Positions 21,772 through 32,398 of a stretch of DNA of 64,000 nucleotides are shown one piece after another (within the stretch, counting starts at the first letter, position 1; the number at the start of each line of letters is the position of its first letter). The translations under genes and the position numbers were made by a program. This stretch comes from an uncultured virus (IMG/VR IMGVR_UViG_3300029998_000015) (lineage: Duplodnaviria > Heunggongvirae > Uroviricota > Caudoviricetes), in IMG/VR virus record IMGVR_UViG_3300029998_000015; one strand, written 5' to 3'. The notes beneath the pieces are model-generated. The model had not been told where the DNA came from, ran no database searches, and was given only the letters and a program-made list of their open reading frames with translations.

Positions 21772-22683
21772 TCAAAATATCAAACTGGATGGTGTATTCC
21801 AAAGAAAATACAGTTTTGCATTCTCTCTTAAAATGAGATATTTGTATGTATCTTTTTTCATTAAATTCATACAATCAGAATCAATAGAAACAGACATATC
21901 ATTAACATCATAAATTTTAGGACCAAAAGGAAGAGTGCCTAAAAATTTATTAGCGTTACGATTTTCATATACATTCATATATGAAATCAATCTATCATAA
22001 AAAATCTTACTTGCATTATTTTCTATCCATTTATCAATACCATTATTTAATTCAGATTTGTACAATTTTCTGAAAGTTATTTGATCTGCACCAAGTTCTT
22101 TACATCTCAATAGAACCTCATCTACTGTGTGTTCATCATAATCATTAACCATATTTAATGATAATCTCAAATTGAAGTCATGATTTTTAACTAATTTAAT
22201 AGTATCAAAAACATCAAATTTTAATTTTTCATTACAACCTATAATTTTCAAATTTTTATCATTATCAAAAATATTAGAGATTGAAAAGGAAATAGTTGTA
22301 ATTCCAATTTCTCTCAAATGTCCAAGATATTCATCTGTCAATAGAACACCAGTTGTTTGAACTTCTATACTTTTAAAAGGAGTATGAAGTTTAGAATTCA
22401 TCTCTGAAAAAAAGTCTAAGAAATCTCTATTTTGAACTGGCTCACCTGTTCCAGTAAGAACTACAACATTACATCCATTGTCTCTGGCAAACTGTAAACG
22501 ATTGAAATAATCTTTATATTCAATTGAATTTTCAATGATGTCACTTCCTTCAATGTACTCATTGACAACATAATTTATCTTATCAACATACGGATTGGTG
22601 TGAGTTCTACTCACACAAAATTGACAATGATTTACACACTTGTTATTCGTTGGTACTACAATACTTAAACTTTGAATATTCAT
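21772..22683 (-). CDS. Radical SAM protein
   Basis: CVNHCQFC (CxxxCxxC), TGTGEP, VQTTG motifs. Confidence 0.88.
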   Translation of the reverse strand: MNIQSLSIVVPTNNKCVNHCQFCVSRTHTNPYVDKINYVVNEYIEGSDIIENSIEYKDYFNRLQFARDNGCNVVVLTGTGEPVQNRDFLDFFSEMNSKLHTPFKSIEVQTTGVLLTDEYLGHLREIGITTISFSISNIFDNDKNLKIIGCNEKLKFDVFDTIKLVKNHDFNLRLSLNMVNDYDEHTVDEVLLRCKELGADQITFRKLYKSELNNGIDKWIENNASKIFYDRLISYMNVYENRNANKFLGTLPFGPKIYDVNDMSVSIDSDCMNLMKKDTYKYLILRENAKLYFLWNTPSSLIF

Positions 22684-22867
22684 AACATTATTATTTTTTA
22701 TAAGATTCTACTATTTGAAAAATATCTAAAATAGGAAATTTATACACTAATTCATCAATTGTATATACACAATATAAACCATCTTTTGTATATGTATTTA
22801 TAACATCTATAAATTTGATAGGTTGTGATTGTGATTTTAAATGTACGGATGATGTCATATTATTATT

Positions 22868-23059
22868 TTATTTTATTTTATTTTCTAATTCTTCAATTTC
22901 TTCTTCTGTAAGTGGCCTAATAAAAGTATCTATTTTACATTTTTTACAATAACACCAGCCTTCTTCTTCATCTGTATTTATATTTAGTATTTCTGTTATA
23001 TCACATGGATTTCCGCATATCATACAATTTGCTGGACCATATTGATTTTCTTTTTTCAT
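22868..23059 (-). CDS. Small Zn-ribbon protein
   Basis: CMIC...CxCKKC. Confidence 0.6.
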   Translation of the reverse strand: MKKENQYGPANCMICGNPCDITEILNINTDEEEGWCYCKKCKIDTFIRPLTEEEIEELENKIK

Positions 23060-23060
23060 A

Positions 23061-23258
23061 TTAATTATATGGTTTTATATCTAATATGTTTGATTGCATA
23101 TGATGTTTTGGATAAAAAAAGAATTTTTGAAATGTGATATTTTCTATATTAGTACCAAATTTAACATGAACAGCTTCATCAGTAATTTTCCAAATAATAC
23201 CTATTTGTTCTTTTGAATATTTATCATCACTAATTATTTTATTTCCTACCTCCCACAT
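23061..23258 (-). CDS. Small SH3-like protein
   Basis: VGNKI...GII...VHVKF. Confidence 0.55.
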   Translation of the reverse strand: MWEVGNKIISDDKYSKEQIGIIWKITDEAVHVKFGTNIENITFQKFFFYPKHHMQSNILDIKPYN

Positions 23259-23276
23259 TTCAATATTTTATTTATA

Positions 23277-23284
23277 CAAAGATA
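23277..23284 (-). promoter_or_regulatory. Bacteroidota -7 element TATCTTTG
   Basis: caaagata on + strand, ~18 nt upstream of ATG 23258. Confidence 0.75.
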
Positions 23285-23285
23285 C

Positions 23286-23316
23286 AAAAAAAATTCTACA
23301 TAAGTAGAATTTTTTG
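23286..23316 (-). terminator. Intrinsic terminator abutting next promoter
   Basis: aaaaattctac-ataa-gtagaattttt. Confidence 0.7.
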
Positions 23317-23329
23317 TGGTTAAATATAT

Positions 23330-23578
23330 TTAAATTTGTTTATTAAATAATCTTTTAGAAATTTCTCTTGTAATAACATCATATGTACCAAACATTCTAT
23401 TTTCTTCAAGCCAAGCAAAATACATATCATAAATAACATCTAATTCTGTGTGATCAAATTTTCTTTCTCCTGTTTTTTGCCAATATAAATAATCTTCAAC
23501 GCATAACAACAAATCATCATTGCTAATCTGACTGATATAATCATTGATGTTTATATTATTAGGATTATTATTTTTCAT
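23330..23578 (-). CDS. Hypothetical protein
   Basis: 82-aa ORF. Confidence 0.6.
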   Translation of the reverse strand: MKNNNPNNININDYISQISNDDLLLCVEDYLYWQKTGERKFDHTELDVIYDMYFAWLEENRMFGTYDVITREISKRLFNKQI

Positions 23579-23588
23579 TTTGTAATTT

Positions 23589-24041
23589 TTAATTATTTAC
23601 AATTTTTGATATAGCCTTTAATATTCTAATGTTTTTTGATTTAGCAATTTCAGTAGCTTCTTCATAAGAATAATATTTTGACTCTTTTTTGATTTCTTTT
23701 GAACTATTAAGGAATATAAAATCACTATCTGCTGATGATACTTTTTTAGCATACCATTCTAATACATCACATTCATTATCATCCAAAATACTATAATATG
23801 TACTTCTTCTAACAACTTCATACAAACCCTTTACATAGTTTTCTTCAAACGGTGACCATATAAAACAATCATCATGAAAAGTAGTATTATTTTTTATGAA
23901 TTCAATAAAAGAGTTAGCTTGATTAAAAGTGAATGATTTTGCAGTTCTTATGCTTTTAGTCCAAACGCATTCAGAATTTTTATCCCCTTTTACATCTTCT
24001 AAAAAACCTTTACCACTTATTATATATTTATTAACAGCCAT
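23589..24041 (-). CDS. Hypothetical protein
   Basis: 150-aa ORF. Confidence 0.65.
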   Translation of the reverse strand: MAVNKYIISGKGFLEDVKGDKNSECVWTKSIRTAKSFTFNQANSFIEFIKNNTTFHDDCFIWSPFEENYVKGLYEVVRRSTYYSILDDNECDVLEWYAKKVSSADSDFIFLNSSKEIKKESKYYSYEEATEIAKSKNIRILKAISKIVNN

Positions 24042-24047
24042 AAATTA

Positions 24048-24392
24048 TTATTTTTTGAAGTTCTTTGTTACCCATTCATTAATAGATTCTTTATCTGATA
24101 ACGTATGTGATTCTGATAAGTAGTTGTCAATAAAACTTGTTATTTTATCAATCTCAACTTTATCTCTACTATCTTGAAGTGAATCAACTGTGCTATATTT
24201 TTTGAGTAATATTAATACTATTGATATTATTGAAACTGCAATACAAAAAATAGTAAATATAATACGTGCTGTAACTGTTGTGAACCATTCAGTAGATTGA
24301 ACATTACTAAATTGAGGATCAATTAGTGTCCACAACATTCCTAATCCTGGAAGAATACAAAATGAGAATAATAATAAAGTTTTTTTGTCCAT
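24048..24392 (-). CDS. Membrane protein, 2 TM
   Basis: Hydrophobic segments. Confidence 0.65.
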   Translation of the reverse strand: MDKKTLLLFSFCILPGLGMLWTLIDPQFSNVQSTEWFTTVTARIIFTIFCIAVSIISIVLILLKKYSTVDSLQDSRDKVEIDKITSFIDNYLSESHTLSDKESINEWVTKNFKK

Positions 24393-24422
24393 GACTTTTT
24401 AAATTATAAGTTAAAAAAAATA

Positions 24423-24726
24423 AAAAACAAATGGTATGAAGGATAGGCGTAGCTAAATTTTGTTTTCTTAAACATTTGCAACTGCTCAATAAACTAGATA
24501 TTCAACGCCTCGTTTTAGGTTGGTTCTGGATTTTCACCCATGCCTCCACCGCTGTCAGTAGCGGGCTTGTTTAAAAATACATCCTTTCTTATGTATTAAT
24601 ATCATCCCCCCAACTTTACTTGCCACAATGGACTCTCCATTCACTGATTATATCTACAAATCATAACATCAAAAATTAATCTAATAATTACAATCTTTAC
24701 TGTAGTTTCACTAACCATTTATTTTT
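24423..24726 (-). ncRNA. Candidate ~300-nt structured ncRNA of unknown class
   Basis: ORF-free, locally GC-richer; 13-bp terminal helix, UGGGU-GAAA-AUCCA tetraloop, several further helices. Confidence 0.6.
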
Positions 24727-24739
24727 ATATTGAAAAAAT

Positions 24740-25345
24740 TTATCTAATCAATTTAGATACTAAACTAGAACCTAATCCGTCATTTTTGAAACCATTTTTA
24801 TATGTTAAATATGAATCAAGAGCGATTGAAAATATTTTTTCATTGCCAACAATAACAATATCTATTCCATCTATAAGACGTAGATATTTATTACACAATT
24901 CATAAATATCAATATATGTATTTATTTCAAAATCTGATGCAATTAGAACAATTTTAAATTCATCCTTATTTGAAATTTGCTTATATCTATTTAAAATCGA
25001 GCTTAATGTTTTTACTGCATTAATAGAGCAAGATACATTTTTTAAATTAATACTCATCAAATATTCTGGATCCTGAAAGTCATTACAATCAATTGTTCTT
25101 AATTTTTTCTTATCAAAATAATCTGAATCCATTGATATTCCTTTTGATATTGATTCTTTATATGATTCAAACTCAAATTTGATTTGATAACTATTATCTT
25201 TCATACCACAAATTCTACTAACATCGGAAAAAACAATACTTAAAATTGCCATCAAAGAATTTCCTTTATCTAAGATATATTCAACATCAATTACCATATC
25301 TGAATTAGATGGTTCATAACTATTAACTAACTTTATTTTTCCCAT
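24740..25345 (-). CDS. Hypothetical protein
   Basis: 201-aa ORF directly upstream of the candidate ncRNA. Confidence 0.65.
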   Translation of the reverse strand: MGKIKLVNSYEPSNSDMVIDVEYILDKGNSLMAILSIVFSDVSRICGMKDNSYQIKFEFESYKESISKGISMDSDYFDKKKLRTIDCNDFQDPEYLMSINLKNVSCSINAVKTLSSILNRYKQISNKDEFKIVLIASDFEINTYIDIYELCNKYLRLIDGIDIVIVGNEKIFSIALDSYLTYKNGFKNDGLGSSLVSKLIR

Positions 25346-25403
25346 TTATTTTAATTTTTAATTTTTAAAATATATCATAATTTTTATGTATAGAATAACA
25401 TAA

Positions 25404-25592
25404 TTAGATGTTAGCATATAATTGTATGTTATTTAAATCTCCGCCAGTTCTATATTTGTTGTATTTATTGTCAAATTTACCAGAATCTACAAAATCTTCA
25501 TTCTGTCCATCTTTATCAAAATCTTCTACTACTTCATTTGGTAACACATACCAATGTCCGTTTTCGTCTTGAGTTGCTTTAACTTTTATCAT
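25404..25592 (-). CDS. Small phage protein (DxxGHWY motif)
   Basis: QDENGHWYVLP. Confidence 0.6.
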   Translation of the reverse strand: MIKVKATQDENGHWYVLPNEVVEDFDKDGQNEDFVDSGKFDNKYNKYRTGGDLNNIQLYANI

Positions 25593-25801
25593 ATTAATTT
25601 TTTAATTATTCATAGATTCAAACACACCTTTATCATCTCAGAATCACCTGATACTTTGTCGGTGTGTTCTTCATCTATTATTCTTAGCTATTATGTAAAC
25701 CAGGACCTAACAATTAATTTATTAGTATCTATTCAAATTACTTCATCTAATTGATTAGATTGAATTTTTCATTTGAATAACTAAGACTAGCCTCTTTAAA
25801 T

Positions 25802-26014
25802 TTATACACATCTGTCAATCGTCCTTGATGCACCAAATGAATTATTATCATTTATGCACACTCCTGATAATCTACTAAAAACTCTACATTCATTGTCACT
25901 ATTATAATCATCAATAGATACCCTATTTTCTGTGAATTCTACAACTTCACAAACTTCTTCTGAAGTAACACCTGCAGCATGAAAAAACATTGTTATTTTA
26001 TCTCCTATTTTCAT
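25802..26014 (-). CDS. Small SH3-like protein
   Basis: MKIGDKI start. Confidence 0.6.
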   Translation of the reverse strand: MKIGDKITMFFHAAGVTSEEVCEVVEFTENRVSIDDYNSDNECRVFSRLSGVCINDNNSFGASRTIDRCV

Positions 26015-26019
26015 TATAT

Positions 26020-26226
26020 TTAGATTTTAGATTTATTCCATTTTAAGTGTCCTATTATATTTAATACAGCAAAAGAGAAATACATAATAACAAGAGAAAC
26101 ACTAGAATTTAAAAAATATATTATTCCTATTATACTTCCTATTAAGCCAACTATAAACCCAATTTTCTTTTTAACACAAATCAAGTAATACGAAGATAAA
26201 CTTAATATCATTATTAACCAATCCAT
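26020..26226 (-). CDS. Small 3-TM membrane protein (PnuC half-like)
   Basis: DW...KKKIGF...NIIGxxKW pattern. Confidence 0.5.
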   Translation of the reverse strand: MDWLIMILSLSSYYLICVKKKIGFIVGLIGSIIGIIYFLNSSVSLVIMYFSFAVLNIIGHLKWNKSKI

Positions 26227-26253
26227 AAATATTTGTTGTTTTATTATTATTCA

Positions 26254-26285
26254 CAAAGATAATATAATTTTAAATACAAACCAAA
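26254..26285 (-). promoter_or_regulatory. Bacteroidota sigma-A promoter (-33 TTTG / -7 TATCTTTG)
   Basis: -7 at 26254-26261, TTTG at 26282-26285, 20-nt spacer. Confidence 0.8.
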
Positions 26286-26298
26286 TTTATTATGAATT

Positions 26299-26541
26299 TT
26301 AAGCATCTTTTTTTAGTTCAATGCTAAATTTTAAAGTTGATAAATCATATCCTCTTTTTTCTAATTCTTCTTTTAAATTAAAATTATCAAAATTATAAGG
26401 ATAATCTTTGCTGATATTATATTTAAGAACATCACCACAAATATGATTTAATATTAATGCACCATCACAACGTAGTGGATATTTAACTACAAAATCTTTT
26501 TGTCTTTTATCATATATTAATGATAGTTTTTTATCATTCAT
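26299..26541 (-). CDS. Hypothetical phage protein
   Basis: ELEKRGYDLSTLKFSI C-terminal pattern. Confidence 0.65.
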   Translation of the reverse strand: MNDKKLSLIYDKRQKDFVVKYPLRCDGALILNHICGDVLKYNISKDYPYNFDNFNLKEELEKRGYDLSTLKFSIELKKDA

Positions 26542-26547
26542 ATTAAA

Positions 26548-27012
26548 TTACTGTTTATGATTATTAACTTTTTGAATTAAGTCAGTTTTATTTTTTGCTC
26601 TGATTGTATCATTTCGATGTCTACGATTATTAAGAATTACGTAATGCCAAAAAAATGAATTGTGCTGATAGAAAGGAATATAATTATTTTTGTACCTAAT
26701 ATAACTTGGGTTATTACTGTAGAATTTAATAGTATTTGGTGTCATCTTATTAATAGGTTCAGATGAATGAAATGGACTAACTGAATTTATATGAGTGAAT
26801 GTTCTTACTGCTCTGTTACCTTCACTATTATTCCTACTTGTTGAACTTGGATGATATGAATGTGATTCAGATGTAAATGAATGTGATGGACTTACATGTG
26901 ATGAACTTACATGTGAGGTAGAAATTGATGAATGGGAAGAGCATGACACGCCACCTCTTGCAGATAGCATAAATGGTAGAATAATAAGAATAGAGAACAA
27001 AAATTTTTTCAT
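26548..27012 (-). CDS. Secreted/membrane Ser/His-rich low-complexity protein
   Basis: N-terminal signal peptide, then SSH repeats. Confidence 0.6.
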   Translation of the reverse strand: MKKFLFSILIILPFMLSARGGVSCSSHSSISTSHVSSSHVSPSHSFTSESHSYHPSSTSRNNSEGNRAVRTFTHINSVSPFHSSEPINKMTPNTIKFYSNNPSYIRYKNNYIPFYQHNSFFWHYVILNNRRHRNDTIRAKNKTDLIQKVNNHKQ

Positions 27013-27046
27013 AAATTTATTTTTTAAATTGTTTATATTTAACTCA

Positions 27047-27077
27047 CAAAAGTAATAAATTATAAATAACTATCAAA
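27047..27077 (-). promoter_or_regulatory. Bacteroidota sigma-A promoter (-7 TACTTTTG)
   Basis: -7 at 27047-27054, TTTG at 27074-27077. Confidence 0.7.
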
Positions 27078-27246
27078 ACAAATTATAGTTATTTAACGTT
27101 GATTATCCATACAATAATTTACTGTAATATCATTTCTAAGATTATTATTTTGAGATTTTATAAAATCATAATCATTTTTCAATTGTTCATATTTTATTTT
27201 CAGTTCAGATAGTTCTGATTTAATAATTTCTAATTCTTCATTTTCA

Positions 27247-27438
27247 TTAATCATTATTTAAATTGTTATTTTTTATGTATTCTAATTTCTTTTTTCTTAA
27301 ATATTTTAATATGACATCAAAATCAATTGAATCAAGTGGATCTGGATATAAATATTTTTTTGGAATACCAGACGCTAAACTTAATTTTTGATTAAAATAT
27401 TCAACTAACATATCGTAATTCTCAATATCATTGTTCAT
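27247..27438 (-). CDS. Small protein with RKKKL tag
   Basis: YFNQKLSLASGIPKKYL...LRKKKLEYI. Confidence 0.6.
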   Translation of the reverse strand: MNNDIENYDMLVEYFNQKLSLASGIPKKYLYPDPLDSIDFDVILKYLRKKKLEYIKNNNLNND

Positions 27439-28128
27439 TTAATTCTTCTATTTTAATTTTTCTTATTAATCTAATATCATTGCTAAATAATTTACTTTGA
27501 TATATACGTTCTTCAAATCCTACTAACTTAATATGATTAACATATTCATGAATATATTCAACTATGTAAATTTTATTCATTTTTAATTCCGAATTACCAA
27601 TAGTATCTTTAATTATAACAATTTGTTCTCCTATTTTTAAATTACATTTAATTTTTTCAATTTTCATGATTAGGTATTTTTTTCAATTTATCCTTTCTCA
27701 TTGTTTTAATATCGAATTCAAATCTAGTATAAACATAAGGAAATTTGGATTCTTCATCAACTAAAAAAATAAAAATAGTTTTTATATGAGATATTGTGTA
27801 TGATTTTATATAAGGTATTAATTCAAAAGCATTTGTATTATCTATACATATAACTTTATCTCCTGATTTAAATTTATTAATCATTATTTAATATTTCTTT
27901 TAATTTTATTTTTCTTTCATATTTTATATCTTTTTTAAATCTTCTGGAATCCAAATAACACAATTCTTCTGATTCAGATATATTTTCATTAAATGCTATT
28001 TTTGTATATTTGTTATAATCATCATATTTTATGCTAATGATAGTATATTGTTTATTCAACTCTGCAGTAAAACAATTTCTTGCATCACATAAAAATACCT
28101 TATCTCCTATTTTAAAATCACTATTCAT
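27428..28128 (-). other. Three SH3/KOW-like ORFs with RKxKL tag (27428-27667, 27657-27884, 27877-28128)
   Basis: KxGD/ExV...Y.I...DIxxxRKxK[LI]. Confidence 0.8.
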
Positions 28129-29394
28129 TTTTCAATTTTTCTAATTTTATTTTTCGTAATATGTGAGTTGCTTTATTATAATAATCATCATAAGAATGGT
28201 GATTCTTAGTTTCTTTAATAGTATTCATATAAGACATGAAATATGTTTGAGACAATAAAGGATTTTCAGAATCATTTTCAATAATATATTCATTATAATA
28301 CCAATGAACGTATATCTGATAAAACACATCTTCAAGTTCAGAATAAAGAATATCTTTAGACCATCTTCCTATTGATTTATCTATGTGAATATTTGAATAT
28401 TCAATTTCATGCACTGATTTCATATTTCAACTTTTTCAATTTTTCTTTTCTTATTAAATTTTTTGAAATTTTAAATGCTTTTTCATAAAAACCAGATAAA
28501 TAGTAAATAGAATGATAATATCTTAAACACATAAAGTCATTTTGGTCAGAAGTAGAGACTGAACCATATATATCAAAATGACAATTTAGATATAATTGAA
28601 AAGCAATATCATCTACACAATCAGACTCATTGTTTTGACACCAATATCCTATTGTTTTATCTATTAACATTTTCTAATTTTTTTAATTTTTCAATTCTTA
28701 AATTTTTAAATGATTTAATATAAAATGAATACCACGGGCTATTATGAGTATATCTTACTGTTTTAAAATTATTCTGAGGAGAATCATCATTAAAATCTCC
28801 ATATTCTTTATAATAATAATTTAGATATAATTGAAAAGCTATGTCATCTATATAATCAGATTCACCTTCTTTGCACCAATTACCTTTTGTCTTATCTATT
28901 ATCATTTTCTAATTTTTCTAATTTCATTTTTCTTAAAATTATATTAGCTTTATTATAGTTATCGACTATTATTTTTTTATCATATTCAGAAGTATAATTT
29001 TTCATCTGTGATTTGATATATACATAATCCTCAAATATAAATGTTGGACCCCAATTTTGGTTTTTTTTACAATATATCAAATATAATCCATATGCAATTT
29101 TATCAATATCATATTCTAATTGAATTGTCATATTAAGTTATTTATAATATTTAATTTTTCTTTTCTTATTAATGATTTTGCGATTTTTAAAAATTTATTA
29201 CAATAAGGATCACCAATTTCAATCATGTTAATAAATATATTTTGATCATAAGATATATTCACATAATTCTCATTTCCGTCAGAAAATAAATATAGCTGAT
29301 ATGATATATTATATAAATCATTATCTTCTAAATTCCATACTCCTATAGTATAGTCATAATTTCCATAACCTTTATATCCTTTATAATTAGTCAT
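28121..29394 (-). other. Five DxIAY-family ORFs with RKxKL tag (28121-28423, 28407-28670, 28657-28905, 28892-29131, 29128-29394)
   Basis: IDKTxGxW...DDIAFQLY...KA...RKxKL. Confidence 0.8.
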
Positions 29395-29990
29395 TTAATA
29401 ATTTATTTAACTTCTTGTTTCTTAAATATTTTTCAATGTCCTTAATATCAAATTTATCTAAAGAATTATTAATTTCTTCTTTTGATAAATTTTCAATAAG
29501 TACTCCAATTTTATCTGAGACTTCATGAACATTCAGATAATCTCTAATTGAATCTCTAATTGAATTTGTAATTCCAAATGACATAAATGACATAATTATT
29601 TATTTAAATTTTTCAATTTCTTAGTTCTTAAAAATTTCTCAATATCTTTAATTTCAAATTTTTCTAAAGAATCATTTATATCTTCTTTTGATGCATATTT
29701 AATAAGATTATCAATTCTAATTGGTATTTCTCCAACAATGTCATAATTAATGGCTCTTGATATAGTTGAATATAATTCTGATTCTGACATAGAAACTCTT
29801 GATATTTCTCTCATTTTAATTTTTTTAATTTTTTATTTCTTAAAAATTTCTCTATATCTTTAATATCAAACATATTCAAAACTTCTACTATTTCTTCATT
29901 TGAAGAATTTTTTATTATTTCATATACTTCAGTCGCTTTATTATTACCATTACTCCAATAATCAGGCAAATATTTACTTTTTGATGGCAT
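29387..29990 (-). other. Three DIEKxLR-family ORFs (29387-29593, 29596-29814, and unlisted 59-aa 29811-29990)
   Basis: SxEE/DI...LxxFxIKDIEK[FY]LRxKKL shared. Confidence 0.8.
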
Positions 29991-30219
29991 ATTTATTTAT
30001 TTTTTCTAATTTATATTTTCTGACTACTTTGATATCAGAAAACCTACTTATAAATAAAGTTAAATCAGGAAATTCTTTTATTCTTATTAATCCAATTCTT
30101 CTGTGATAAGGCTCAATTATTGTACAAGATTGACCATAAATTAAACTTGTTCCTTCTATATTTAAAATGATTATTTTATCACCTATTTTTAAATTATCAC
30201 TAACTTTTAAATGTTCCAT
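29974..30219 (-). CDS. SH3/KOW-like ORF with RKYKL tag
   Basis: LKIGDKII...RFSDIKVVRKYKLEKI. Confidence 0.7.
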   Translation of the reverse strand: MEHLKVSDNLKIGDKIIILNIEGTSLIYGQSCTIIEPYHRRIGLIRIKEFPDLTLFISRFSDIKVVRKYKLEKINKYAIKK

Positions 30220-30223
30220 TATT

Positions 30224-30493
30224 TTAGATTAGCCAAATTATAGAATTAATTGAGCTTAAATATCTATCATATTCATCTACTCTAATTAAGCATTTTTTTT
30301 TATATATTTCAGTTTCAATTTCATTATCATTACCTATGAAATAGTTATCACTTTGAGTTGTACAATCAACAACATAATGCTCTCCTATACAGCCATATTC
30401 ATCATCTGTATCTTTTAATACTACACTTGATATTTCTTTAATATTAAGTCCTGTCTTTTTTTCTATAAATTTGGTCAATAATTCTTTGTTCAT
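30224..30493 (-). CDS. Hypothetical protein
   Basis: 89-aa ORF. Confidence 0.6.
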   Translation of the reverse strand: MNKELLTKFIEKKTGLNIKEISSVVLKDTDDEYGCIGEHYVVDCTTQSDNYFIGNDNEIETEIYKKKCLIRVDEYDRYLSSINSIIWLI

Positions 30494-30759
30494 AATATTT
30501 TATTTAAATTTTCTAATTTTGTTTTTCTTTGATATTTCTTAAATTCTATTGATAAATCAATAAAATCAACTTTATATCCATAATAGAATCTTATTAATCC
30601 TTCAGTTTCTATATCATAATACATTGAATAATAGAGATTATAATCTACCTGTATTCTTTCATCCGTTGAATTTGTAGTACTATAATATTTTATTTTACAA
30701 TAACTTCTAATATAATTTAATATTTCAGTTTCTTTATAAATTAATTTTTCATCCTTCAT
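30490..30759 (-). CDS. Hypothetical protein with RKTKL tag
   Basis: ...YQRKTKLENLNKIL. Confidence 0.65.
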   Translation of the reverse strand: MKDEKLIYKETEILNYIRSYCKIKYYSTTNSTDERIQVDYNLYYSMYYDIETEGLIRFYYGYKVDFIDLSIEFKKYQRKTKLENLNKIL

Positions 30760-30785
30760 TTATAGATATATTATTATAAAGTTTA

Positions 30786-30980
30786 TTAAAATATATTACT
30801 AAATGTACCACAAAAGTAAAGTATAATAATGAGTATTGTTGCTGATATTAATTTTGAATTTCTTTCTGATTTGAATTGTGATATGGATTCTTTTGAATAT
30901 CCGTCACAAAAGTTTATAGAACTAAAAATCATATATAATATGATTAATACTAATAATATTATCTGTAGTACAGTTTTCAT
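30786..30980 (-). CDS. Small 2-TM membrane protein
   Basis: Hydrophobic segments. Confidence 0.55.
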   Translation of the reverse strand: MKTVLQIILLVLIILYMIFSSINFCDGYSKESISQFKSERNSKLISATILIIILYFCGTFSNIF

Positions 30981-30992
30981 CTTTTAATATAA

Positions 30993-31490
<498 letters not shown>

Positions 31491-31703
31491 TTAATGACTC
31501 TCAAATTGAATAATTCCTCTTTTATTTGTTACATCATTAACTACACATTCTTCATTGTAATCTGTTTCATACTCATAACAAATTTTATTTCCAATTTCTT
31601 TGAATGAGTCATCTTCTTCTTTTAATATATTTATTAAACTTTCGTTGTCATCAATAATTACTGTTATTATTGATGTATCAAACGATACTTGCATCACTTT
31701 CAT
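31491..31703 (-). CDS. Small acidic protein
   Basis: 70-aa ORF. Confidence 0.55.
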   Translation of the reverse strand: MKVMQVSFDTSIITVIIDDNESLINILKEEDDSFKEIGNKICYEYETDYNEECVVNDVTNKRGIIQFESH

Positions 31704-32139
31704 ATTTATCTATTTTATTTATATTTTTTAATTTTCTTCTTCTATTGAATGTATCAGCAAACTTTGATATTTCTTTTTGCTTAGATAATTGTTTATTCAT
31801 TGTAGTAATAGATTTTAACAGTTCTTCATTTATTTCAGCTATCATTTTTTCTGATGCATCATAAAACATTTCAAATATCTTAATTTCTAATTCTTTTAAA
31901 TACTTTTCATCAAAATTTCTAGTTATAATAGAAACCCAATTTATATAATGATAACCTTTACAAATCCACCAATCATCCCAACATTCACTATCATTAAATC
32001 CAGACTTAAAATATTCTTTTATTAAAAATAATTCATCACCTGATATCACAAGCTTTAATCTATAAGATAAAGGAGCATTAAAGTCATTACCATTACAATA
32101 CAATGGCATATATTCAATTGTATATTTTGTAAGTTTCAT
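31678..32139 (-). CDS. Hypothetical protein with RRRKL tag
   Basis: ...FNRRRKLKNI. Confidence 0.65.
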   Translation of the reverse strand: MKLTKYTIEYMPLYCNGNDFNAPLSYRLKLVISGDELFLIKEYFKSGFNDSECWDDWWICKGYHYINWVSIITRNFDEKYLKELEIKIFEMFYDASEKMIAEINEELLKSITTMNKQLSKQKEISKFADTFNRRRKLKNINKIDKYESDASIV

Positions 32140-32321
32140 AAATCAATTTTTTTTGATGTATCTAATAATTCTGTCAATAATGAGTGCATTTTAGATAATG
32201 CATATGAATATACACTATCGGGTTTAAATACCTCTATCTGACTTTCTATTTGAGCCATTCTATCTTTAATTTCTCTTATTGGTATAATTATATGTGACTC
32301 CATTTATATTTTATATTTATA

Positions 32322-32353
32322 CAAATATATGAAAAATAAATGAAAAAACCAAA
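32322..32353 (-). promoter_or_regulatory. Bacteroidota sigma-A promoter (-7 TATATTTG, -33 TTTG)
   Basis: 20-nt spacer; -33 lies inside the upstream terminator stem. Confidence 0.75.
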
Positions 32354-32380
32354 TGATTATACAATCATTTGGTTTGTTTT
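32343..32380 (-). terminator. Intrinsic terminator
   Basis: aaaccaaatgatt/aatcatttggttt stem after 32399 stop. Confidence 0.8.
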
Positions 32381-32398
32381 ATAGTTAAATATTCAATT

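Noticed and set aside
24423..24726. RNase P RNA or tmRNA assignment
   Set aside because: P4 pseudoknot pairing cannot be formed from the look-alike words; no tRNA-like acceptor/T-arm ends. Kept only as unclassified RNA
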